Assembly: GCA_019090455.1 (NCBI GenBank)
Contig: JAHRWA010000054.1
Location: 4,506-68,505 of the forward strand
DNA from: Pseudomonadales bacterium
Lineage (GTDB): Bacteria; Pseudomonadota; Gammaproteobacteria; Pseudomonadales; DC-out160
Reading direction: 5' to 3'
DNA length: 64,000 nucleotides
The notes under the pieces: generated by a model
Databases searched by the model: none
Told to the model about the DNA's origin: nothing
The model's input: only the letters and a program-made list of their open reading frames with translations
In this document: in pieces, positions 10,293-17,972 of the stretch
Layout: each line of letters starts with the position of its first letter
Numbering within the stretch: the first letter of the stretch is position 1
Made by a program: the position numbers and the translations under genes

Positions 10293-11552
10293 TTGAAATT
10301 GGGGCAAAAATTGATGAATGCAAAGAGAAAGAGGCCTGTATCTGCGGTCTTCCTCCTGTTGTTAACGTTATTTACAGTAAATGAAGTAGCGGCTCACGGC
10401 GAACGCGCCCAGCAAGCTGGTATACGTATGAGGACGATACATTTTTTTGATATTGAGATATATCCACGCACTTTGAAAGTTAATGAAGAAATGACGGTTA
10501 AAGGGAAGTTTATTCCTTCTGAAAATTGGCCAGATCATTTAGCTTCTACTGAGGGGACTGCCTTCCTGAATATAGGAGTGCCAGGGCCAAAGTTTATTCG
10601 GCTTTCTTCAAGTGTAAATGGTCAACCGATGATTCGTTCAACTTCTTTTCAGGAAGGGGAATTATACGAATTTGAGATGACGTTAAAAGCTAGAAATGAA
10701 GGGGAATACCACGTACACCCTGTTATTAGTGTGCAGGACGCGGGACCTATAATCGGTCCAGGATATTGGGTCACAGTAGAAACTGGTACGGCCCCATTTG
10801 AGAACCATATAACTACGCTTTTCGGTGAAGAGTTGGATCTTGAAACACATGGTCTGTCGAATACCATATTTTGGTCAAGTCTATGGTTTGTTATAGGGTT
10901 TGCTTGGTTTGGGTATTGGTTGTTTAGATCTAAACTACCTATTATTATGCCACGCTATAAGTTGATCGCGGATGCTAAAGATGCCGATGATATTATAACT
11001 CGGCAAGATCAAATTGCTGGTGGTGTGTGCTTAGCGTTGTGCTTGTCGATCATCGGGTTTGGTTATTTGTGGGCTGAAGATAAATACCCTGTTACAACTC
11101 CATTACAAACAGGAAAGGTAAAAACTCCACTTATAGAGTGGGATAAGCATGCTGTAGCTGCTGAGCTAGTGAAAGCGGAATATCGTATTCCTGGGCGGTC
11201 TTTTAAGGTGGAAGTGAATGTGACTAATACGTTGGAGACACCTGTAAGGCTTGCGGAGTTCACTGCCGGAGGGATAAGGTTTGGCAATCCAAATGTGAGA
11301 GAGTTAAAACCTCAGGATCGACATGATTTGGTGGCAGAAGCGGGCTTGATTGTGGTTAATGAGCAGATAGAGCCTGGTGAAACTAAGTCAGTTGTATTTG
11401 AAGCGAATGACGCTCTTTGGGAAATTCAACGTCTAACGTCATTGATTTACGATCCTGATAGCCGGTTCGGTGGAATGATACAATTTGAGGCAAGAAATGG
11501 TCAACGCTATCCAGTTGAAATAGGTGGGGCGATGCTGCCCTTGTTTAATTGA
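10293..11552 (+). CDS. pmoB: Copper membrane monooxygenase subunit B (PmoB/AmoB family)
   Basis: Signal peptide ...TVNEVAA then HGERAQQAGIRMRTIHFFD; GEYHVHPVISV. Two central TM helices (FWSSLWFVIGFAWFGYWLF, GGVCLALCLSIIGFGYLW) lie between two soluble halves, as in PmoB. Start is TTG 10293 or ATG 10314. Confidence 0.9.
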   Translation: MKLGQKLMNAKRKRPVSAVFLLLLTLFTVNEVAAHGERAQQAGIRMRTIHFFDIEIYPRTLKVNEEMTVKGKFIPSENWPDHLASTEGTAFLNIGVPGPKFIRLSSSVNGQPMIRSTSFQEGELYEFEMTLKARNEGEYHVHPVISVQDAGPIIGPGYWVTVETGTAPFENHITTLFGEELDLETHGLSNTIFWSSLWFVIGFAWFGYWLFRSKLPIIMPRYKLIADAKDADDIITRQDQIAGGVCLALCLSIIGFGYLWAEDKYPVTTPLQTGKVKTPLIEWDKHAVAAELVKAEYRIPGRSFKVEVNVTNTLETPVRLAEFTAGGIRFGNPNVRELKPQDRHDLVAEAGLIVVNEQIEPGETKSVVFEANDALWEIQRLTSLIYDPDSRFGGMIQFEARNGQRYPVEIGGAMLPLFN

Positions 11553-12124
11553 TGTATCGTCTTGTTCTCTTAATCATGAGTTTGATGCCCTCCGTGCTGT
11601 ATGCCCACGGGGGGGTTAGCATGAAGGATGACATGTGCGTGATAAAGTTAGGTAGCTACAAAGCGCACTTCTCGGCGTATATGCCTAAGTTACGGGGGAC
11701 TCAAGAATTTTGTGAGTCCTTTCCTGAAATAGGTGAAGCGATAATTGCTGTTGATTTTGTGAGCAGGGAGTTGCGCGACCAACGTATACAATTTGAGGTG
11801 GTAAAGGACTTTACAGGAAAGGGCGCGAAGGCAACGGGCAAAGATTTATTTGGCGAACACTTAGCTGAATATACGAAAGCGATAATACATCAGGATGTGG
11901 GTTCGTTTCGTAAATCTGGAACACTTAACTTTCCGGTTAATTTAGAAGAAAAAGGCTGGTACATAGGTGTGATGCGAATTATCTCAGATGATAATTCCGT
12001 GATCGCAGAGAGTGTCTTTCCGTTTGAAGTAGAGCCCTCTACAATTTGGCGTTATTTTGTGCTGCTATCGTTTGTAGTCGTGTTAGTAGGTGGCTTATTC
12101 GTGGTTGTTGGTTATAAAAAATGA
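11552..12124 (+). CDS. Secreted, C-terminally membrane-anchored protein of unknown function, in the PmoD/AmoD position of the CuMMO operon
   Basis: ATG 11552 overlaps the subunit B stop (TGATG). Signal peptide MYRLVLLIMSLMPSVLYA, then a mature sequence starting HGGVSMKDDMCVIK, a ~140-aa soluble domain, the TM helix WRYFVLLSFVVVLVGGLFVVVGY, and KK. Confidence 0.7.
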   Translation: MYRLVLLIMSLMPSVLYAHGGVSMKDDMCVIKLGSYKAHFSAYMPKLRGTQEFCESFPEIGEAIIAVDFVSRELRDQRIQFEVVKDFTGKGAKATGKDLFGEHLAEYTKAIIHQDVGSFRKSGTLNFPVNLEEKGWYIGVMRIISDDNSVIAESVFPFEVEPSTIWRYFVLLSFVVVLVGGLFVVVGYKK

Positions 12125-12759
12125 ATGAAGAGCGGCTAGCATGAAGTCGCTCAGACTTATTAAAGCAATAAAGTAACTGTGTTCCTTCTAAATACAATGA
12201 TTCTTTATGAAAATGCTGAACTCAAGCACTTGAAGAGTCATTTAATTCCCTTGCAGTATATAACGCCCCTTCTCCCTAATTTGTAGTGCTATTGCTACTC
12301 GAGATTTTCCTCTTCGAATTTAGAGTTTTAATATGATGTTTGTCTTATTTTATATCGGCAACACATTTTCCGATTTACTATATATTGTGCAAATGAACTT
12401 ACCTCACCTCGACCAATACCTCGGTAATTCTGTAGTGCATTTGCATAATGGTCAGTGATTTAACAATGAGAACGAAAAGCGTTTTTCAATTTTTCCGTGA
12501 TGTAAATTAGCTAAGTTTGGTAAATTTAATCTAAAGGGCATTGATTAAATTTTGGATCTTTATTGATTTTGAGTATGTAATACTGGCCAAGAATTCCTTT
12601 TAGTTCTGATTCACCTTAAATTAGAAATCAATGCAGATTATAACTTGAACTAATTCAAAGGGGTTTGTCGACAAGAACGAAAAAACGGTGCTTATCTTCA
12701 CTTCCCATGATTAAGCGTTTACTGCTATTGTTGCGCCTAGTCTATTTCAAGGAGATGTT

Positions 12760-13626
12760 ATGGATTCGTTACAGTATTTCGCCCCGACAACGCTACAAGA
12801 AGCTGTGCAGTTATTAGAGACTAACAGTGGATGCCGAATAATGGCCGGTGGCACTGACTTAATTGTACAAATGCACATCGGTACGGCATCGCCTCCTGCG
12901 ATTGTCGATATAAAGAAGATTCCCGAATTAAATAAACTTCAACTAAGTGATTCTGATTTACTGTTGGGGCCTGCTGTATCAGGCGCCTCTATTACAGAAC
13001 AAGCAGATATCGCAGCAATATATCCAGGATTAGTGGAAGCAATAGACCTGATTGGTTCGACACAAGTGCAAGGTCGATGTTCTGTAGGCGGCAATTTATG
13101 TAACGCATCTCCCGCAGCAGATACAGTCCCCTCTTTAATAGTTAACAATGCAGTTTGTGAAATTCACGGCGCTTCTGGAGTTCGAGAAGTAGCGGCGGAG
13201 TCGTTTAATCTTGGGCCGGGTAAAAACTGTTTGTCAGAAGGTGAAATTCTATCGTTGATTCGATTGCCCAAGCCAGTGCCAGGTAGTGCAGATGCATATT
13301 TGCGTTTTATCCCTCGAACTGAAATGGATATTGCAGTTGTTGGAGCGGCAGTTTCTGTCACCATCGGAGGTGATGGGGTTTGCAGCGCTGCTAGAGTGGC
13401 AATTGGAGCTGTGGCACCCACTGCATTGTTAGTACCTGAAGCCGCGAAGGCGTTAGTTGGTACAGATTTAAATGATCAAGCGTTGGAAAATGCTGGTGCA
13501 GCTGCGAGTCAAGCAGCGAGTCCCATTTCGGATAAAAGAGGTACTGCGGAATACCGCATTAAGGTAGTTGGGGTATTAACGAGAAGAGCGGCTGCAATTG
13601 CTAAGCAACGAGCCTTACAAAACTAA
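12760..13626 (+). CDS. Molybdenum hydroxylase FAD-binding (medium, CoxM/XdhB-like) subunit
   Basis: 288 aa. FAPTTLQEAVQLL...IMAGGTDLIVQM and SPISDKRGTAEYR are typical of the FAD-binding PCMH / CO-dehydrogenase flavoprotein domains. Confidence 0.85.
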   Translation: MDSLQYFAPTTLQEAVQLLETNSGCRIMAGGTDLIVQMHIGTASPPAIVDIKKIPELNKLQLSDSDLLLGPAVSGASITEQADIAAIYPGLVEAIDLIGSTQVQGRCSVGGNLCNASPAADTVPSLIVNNAVCEIHGASGVREVAAESFNLGPGKNCLSEGEILSLIRLPKPVPGSADAYLRFIPRTEMDIAVVGAAVSVTIGGDGVCSAARVAIGAVAPTALLVPEAAKALVGTDLNDQALENAGAAASQAASPISDKRGTAEYRIKVVGVLTRRAAAIAKQRALQN

Positions 13627-13659
13627 TTCAACGGTAGATTTTAAAGAGGGATTTTATTG

Positions 13660-14136
13660 ATGGCGACTCATGTGAAAACCACTATAAACAATGAAGCGGT
13701 GGAATTTCTTTGCGAACCCCACGAATCTTTGTCCTCCGTATTGAGAGAGAGGCTTCATCTTACGGGGACAAAAGAAGGTTGTACTACGGGTGATTGCGGA
13801 GCTTGCTCGGTGATGTTAGATGATCGATTAGTCTGTTCTTGTTTAGTGCTTGGAGTAGAAACTGAAGGAATGAGCATTGATACGGTGGAAGGTGTTGCCA
13901 AGGCAGATAAATTACATCCAATACAGGAAAAGCTGTTAGAGCATGCGGCATTGCAATGTGGAATTTGTACGCCAGGGATCGTCGTTTCAGCAAAAGCGTT
14001 GTTAGAGAAAAAGGCTGACCCTACTGAAGAGGAAGTCCGTTTCTGGCTTGCCGGAAACCTATGTCGTTGTACTGGGTACGACAAGATAATACGCGCGGTA
14101 TTGGATGCCGCCTCAGTATTAAGAGAGGAGGCTTGA
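13660..14136 (+). CDS. Molybdenum hydroxylase [2Fe-2S] small (CoxS-like) subunit
   Basis: Cys clusters GCTTGDCGACSV and QCGICTPG...NLCRCTGY. ATG 13660 lies one codon inside the TTG-started ORF. Confidence 0.9.
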   Translation: MATHVKTTINNEAVEFLCEPHESLSSVLRERLHLTGTKEGCTTGDCGACSVMLDDRLVCSCLVLGVETEGMSIDTVEGVAKADKLHPIQEKLLEHAALQCGICTPGIVVSAKALLEKKADPTEEEVRFWLAGNLCRCTGYDKIIRAVLDAASVLREEA

Positions 14137-14138
14137 TA

Positions 14139-16418
14139 ATGAGTGGACAAACTTCTAGTGAATATAAGTATATCGGTACACGCTCTATACGTCCTGATGG
14201 TGCAGATAAAGTAACAGGAAGAGCCAATTATGGGGCTGATTTCTTTTTGCCAGGAATGGTGCATGGGAAGATACTTCGAAGCCCTTTAGCCCATGCAAAA
14301 ATACTCTCCATAGATGTATCTGCAGCGCTTGCGATGCCAGGTGTTCTGTCGATTGCAACCTCAGAAGATTTGCCTGATATGAATGCGGGTACTGAATCTG
14401 CCGGAGAAGGGGAAGTCGATTTTTATGATTTCTCATGTAATGTTCTTGCAAGAGAAAAAGTATTATATCACGGCCAAGCAGTTGCAGCAGTTGCCGCTAC
14501 TTCAGAGGCAATAGCTCGATCGGCCCTTGACAAGATCGTCGTTGATTATGAAGAGCTCACTCCTGTCTTAGATCTTTTGGGCGCACAAAAATCCGATTCA
14601 CCCCTGCTTCATAAGAATCAAACCACTGAAGGCCCTAAAGGTAAGGGTAAGACACCTTCAAATATTGCAAAACAGATGATGTTAGCAAGAGGTAATGTTG
14701 ATGAAGGTTTTTCTGAAGCTGATGTAGTGGTAGAGAAGACCTTCATTTCACCAATAGTTCACCAGGGGTATATTGAGCCCCATGCTTGTGTGGTGAGAAC
14801 CAACGAATCAAATCAAATAGATGTTTGGTGTAGCTCTCAGGGTCACTTCATGGTCCGCTCTTTTATGGCGAGATTGTTGGCCATGGATGTGTCTAATATA
14901 AAAGTGACACCTCTAGAAATTGGTGGTGGATTTGGTGGTAAGACGGTTATTTATTTGGAGCCAGTTGCCGCCATCTTGTCCCGAAAAGCGGGTCGTCCTG
15001 TTAAAATGGTGATGGATCGTGAAGAAGTGTTTAGAGCAACGGGACCAGGCTCCTCAAGTATTGTGAAAGTGAAGGTGGGGGCCAAGAGTGACGGCAGGAT
15101 TGTCGCTATGGAAGCTGATATAACACTTAATGCCGGTGCGTTTAAAGGTTCTCCAATGATGCCGTCAATGATGTGTGTCTTTACTCCGTATACCTGCCCA
15201 AATATGAAAGTAACTGGAAAGGATGTTGTAACAAATACCCCCAAAGTGGCAGCATATCGAGCACCAGGAGCTCCCCAGTCTCATTTAGCGGCAGAGTGCG
15301 TTGTCAACGAAATAGCTAAACGTCTGAATATTGACCCTATTGATTTGAGATTGCTTAATGCGGTTGATGAAGGTAGTCCGACTATTTATGGGCCGAAATT
15401 TAAAGCAATTGGTTTAAAAGCCGCTCTTACCGAAGCAAGGAGTCACCCGCACTATGCGTCTGCATTATCTGATAATCAGGGGCGTGGGGTAGCATGCGGC
15501 TTCTGGTTTAATGTTGGTTTGCAGTCCAGTGCCACAATTAATATAACAGAGAGTGGAAAAGCGGTTGTAATCACAGGTAATCCCGACATTGGTGGGTCTC
15601 GAGCTTCCATGGCTCTAATGGCTGCTGAATCCTTGGGTATTCCATTGGATCAAATAAAACCGATAATTGGTGATACTGAATCGGTTGGGTATAACGATGT
15701 CACTGGTGGTAGTCGAACGACATTTGCATCAGGTGGTGCAGTGATCAAGGCCGCAGAAAACCTTATTCAAGATTTGAAGAGGCGGGCAGCTAAACTGATG
15801 GATATAGATGTTGAGCTAGTGCAGTGGATTGATGGGCAAGCAGTTGCTCCCGCTGATCTAGATAAAAAGCCTCTTTCTTTGGCACGCCTTGCAAGAAAAG
15901 CAGGTGCTACCGGTGGACCACTAACGGCTACAGCAACGCAGACTGCGAGAGGAGCAGGTCCGAGTTTTGCGGTTAATATTATTGATGTAGAAGTGGATAA
16001 AGAGACCGGTAGTGTAGATGTAAAACGAGTTACTGTTTTACAAGACGCAGGTAAAGCAATACATCCTAGCTATGTGGAAGGTCAAATGCAGGGAGGAGCT
16101 GTTCAAGGAATTGGGTGGGCACTCAACGAAGAGTTTGTCTACAACGAAAAAGGTGTTATGGAAAACCCTGGTTTTTTAGATTATCGAATCCCCTTGGCTT
16201 CTGACTTACCTATGATTGACACTGTAATTATTGAAGTTCCAAATCCAGGTCATCCTTATGGGGTAAGAGGAGTCGGTGAAGCACCCATTTGTCCACCAAT
16301 GGCTGCCGTGACATCAGCAGTTAATGATGCTATTGGTTGTGGAGCTGATTTTCAATTGACTGAGTTGCCATTGAGCCCGGTGAAGGTGCTAGACGCTGCT
16401 GAAAAGTTGATGGGCTAA
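14139..16418 (+). CDS. Molybdopterin-binding large subunit of a xanthine dehydrogenase/aldehyde oxidoreductase-family enzyme
   Basis: 759 aa from ATG 14139 (RBS AGAGGAGG; 2 nt after the small-subunit stop). Family-typical GRANYGADF, HQGYIEPHA, GGGFGGK and AAYRAPGAPQ. The loop is neither VAYRCSFR nor AYRGAGR, so it is not a CODH. Confidence 0.88.
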   Translation: MSGQTSSEYKYIGTRSIRPDGADKVTGRANYGADFFLPGMVHGKILRSPLAHAKILSIDVSAALAMPGVLSIATSEDLPDMNAGTESAGEGEVDFYDFSCNVLAREKVLYHGQAVAAVAATSEAIARSALDKIVVDYEELTPVLDLLGAQKSDSPLLHKNQTTEGPKGKGKTPSNIAKQMMLARGNVDEGFSEADVVVEKTFISPIVHQGYIEPHACVVRTNESNQIDVWCSSQGHFMVRSFMARLLAMDVSNIKVTPLEIGGGFGGKTVIYLEPVAAILSRKAGRPVKMVMDREEVFRATGPGSSSIVKVKVGAKSDGRIVAMEADITLNAGAFKGSPMMPSMMCVFTPYTCPNMKVTGKDVVTNTPKVAAYRAPGAPQSHLAAECVVNEIAKRLNIDPIDLRLLNAVDEGSPTIYGPKFKAIGLKAALTEARSHPHYASALSDNQGRGVACGFWFNVGLQSSATINITESGKAVVITGNPDIGGSRASMALMAAESLGIPLDQIKPIIGDTESVGYNDVTGGSRTTFASGGAVIKAAENLIQDLKRRAAKLMDIDVELVQWIDGQAVAPADLDKKPLSLARLARKAGATGGPLTATATQTARGAGPSFAVNIIDVEVDKETGSVDVKRVTVLQDAGKAIHPSYVEGQMQGGAVQGIGWALNEEFVYNEKGVMENPGFLDYRIPLASDLPMIDTVIIEVPNPGHPYGVRGVGEAPICPPMAAVTSAVNDAIGCGADFQLTELPLSPVKVLDAAEKLMG

Positions 16419-16469
16419 TAGCTCTAGGGTTTATGTTCGATGTGTTGAATATCGATGCTGGGTTTTCAT

Positions 16470-16715
16470 ATGGTGAAAATTATATTTGCCTCCGCTATGG
16501 AACAGTACACTAGAGGCGAAAAAGAAATAAGAATTAATGTAACGACATATCGACAAGCCTGTGAGCTACTAATGAGAGAGTTTCCTCTGCTAAATAAAGA
16601 AACTCTTTCTGAATTTTCAGTGGCAATAGATGATGAAATAATACATGAGCCATTGTTGGAGTCATTTGAACTGAATAGTGTGGTGTTCTTTGTTCCTAAA
16701 ATAGCGGCAGGTTGA
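16470..16715 (+). CDS. Putative MoaD/ThiS-like beta-grasp small protein (C-terminus ...KIAAG)
   Basis: 81 aa from ATG 16470. MVKIIFASAMEQYTRGEKEIRI... and ...SVVFFVPKIAAG resemble the MoaD termini (MIKVLFFA... / ...FFPPVTGG) by eye. Sits immediately after the Mo-enzyme genes. Confidence 0.45.
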   Translation: MVKIIFASAMEQYTRGEKEIRINVTTYRQACELLMREFPLLNKETLSEFSVAIDDEIIHEPLLESFELNSVVFFVPKIAAG

Positions 16716-16786
16716 TAATAAGATGATATACGAATATCTAACATTGCTAGTGTTTTGTTAAAGACCCAATATGTTAAGGAAGAGAT

Positions 16787-17917
16787 ATGAGACATTGTTT
16801 TACGGATGAGCACGAGCAGTTTAGAGAATTTGTTCGAAAGTTCATGAGTACAAATTCAGATGCGATAGCAGTTCGAAGAGTGATGGAGACTGAAGCGGGA
16901 TATGACGCTGATGTTTGGGGTAATTTGTCTGAATCGTTAGGGTTGCCTGGTGTACATATACCCGAAAAATTCGGTGGTCAAGGTTTCGGCCCAGTGGAGC
17001 TTTGCATTGCTTTAGAAGAAATGGGGCGATCACTTCTTTGTGCTCCTTTTTTTGGATCCTCCGTTATGGCAACCACGGCCATATTAAATGCGGGCTCAAT
17101 CAGTGACAAAGAAAAGCTACTACCTGACCTTGCAGCGGGAAAATTGGTGGCCTCATTAGCCATTGCTGAAGAATCAGGTCAATGGGAAGCCTCAGATATA
17201 GAAATGACTGCCATAGAAGCTGGTGGCACTTACCGATTAAGTGGTGAAAAGAAATTCGTATTAGATGGTCATTCTTCTGATTTGATTGTTGTGGTTGCTC
17301 GTGTACCAGGTTCTAGTGGTGAAGATGGGATTTCCTTTTTTACTGTTAAGGGTGATGCTGCTGGATTGGGTAGACGTTTACTCAATACTATTGATGAAAC
17401 TCGAAAACTGGCAGTGTTACAGTTTGATAGCGTAGAAGCTACACCGTTAGGTGAAGTTGGTGCCGGATCAAAAGCACTCGAAAAAACCTTGGTGCTCTCC
17501 TATGTGGCTCTTGCTAACGAGATGATGGGTGGTGCACAAAAACTGTTAGAAAGTGCGATAGAGTATGCGCAAATGCGAGTTCAATTTGGACGAGCAATCG
17601 GTTCTTTCCAATCCATGAAGCATAAGTTTGCAGATTTACTGATGGATGTAGAGTTAGCCAAAACCACGGCTTATTATGCTGCAGAAGCTGCTGAAGATGA
17701 GGCCGATGATTTAGTTGCAGTGGCGTCGATGGCAAAAGCATATGCGTCAGATACTTATTATAAGGTGGCTGCAGCTTGTATACAGGTTCATGGTGGTATT
17801 GGATTTACTTGGGAAAATGACACTCACCTGTATTTTAAACGGGCTAAGAGCTCCGAGGTGTTTCTCGGCACGCCAGCGTTGCACCGGGATCGTCTGATAA
17901 CAAATTGGAATGCCTAA
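16787..17917 (+). CDS. Acyl-CoA dehydrogenase family protein (short member of an adjacent pair)
   Basis: 376 aa. ACAD N-terminal, middle and C-terminal layout; YAQMRVQFGRAIGSFQSMKHKFADL; QVHGGIGFTWENDTHLYFKRAK. Confidence 0.85.
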   Translation: MRHCFTDEHEQFREFVRKFMSTNSDAIAVRRVMETEAGYDADVWGNLSESLGLPGVHIPEKFGGQGFGPVELCIALEEMGRSLLCAPFFGSSVMATTAILNAGSISDKEKLLPDLAAGKLVASLAIAEESGQWEASDIEMTAIEAGGTYRLSGEKKFVLDGHSSDLIVVVARVPGSSGEDGISFFTVKGDAAGLGRRLLNTIDETRKLAVLQFDSVEATPLGEVGAGSKALEKTLVLSYVALANEMMGGAQKLLESAIEYAQMRVQFGRAIGSFQSMKHKFADLLMDVELAKTTAYYAAEAAEDEADDLVAVASMAKAYASDTYYKVAAACIQVHGGIGFTWENDTHLYFKRAKSSEVFLGTPALHRDRLITNWNA

Positions 17918-17972
17918 CAGTTGCTTCGATTTGTGGGGTTAGGGAAAATGGAATTTAGGTTAGGAGATAATA

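Noticed and set aside
8512-11552. Reading the CuMMO operon as a bona fide ammonia monooxygenase (nitrifier), a canonical methanotroph pMMO, or a pxm-type operon
   Set aside because: The gene order is C-A-B, not the A-B-C of pxm. The window is full of heterotrophic acyl-CoA and alkane genes and has no hydroxylamine, methanol or C1-assimilation genes. The sequences are visibly diverged from the AmoA/PmoA sequences I remember. Substrate is left open, and only a real phylogeny can settle it.
14061-14138. The upstream extension of the Mo large-subunit ORF given in the ORF track (start 14061)
   Set aside because: It overlaps the last 76 nt of the FeS-subunit gene in another frame and encodes no family-like sequence. 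ATG 14139 follows a strong AGAGGAGG RBS and gives the typical N-terminus.
13755-14264. 169-aa minus-strand ORF. The same applies to other antisense ORFs such as 1363-1659, 3993-4334, 4760-5185, 28075-28662, 53965-54345, 58485-58730 and 59657-59962.
   Set aside because: All lie entirely inside long, well-supported genes on the opposite strand or in another frame. They have low-complexity, Ser/Pro/Arg/Cys-rich translations and no start context. They are shadow ORFs.
12760-16418. Aerobic CO dehydrogenase (coxMSL)
   Set aside because: The gene order matches, but the large-subunit loop is AAYRAPGAPQ rather than VAYRCSFR or AYRGAGR. No cox accessory genes follow.
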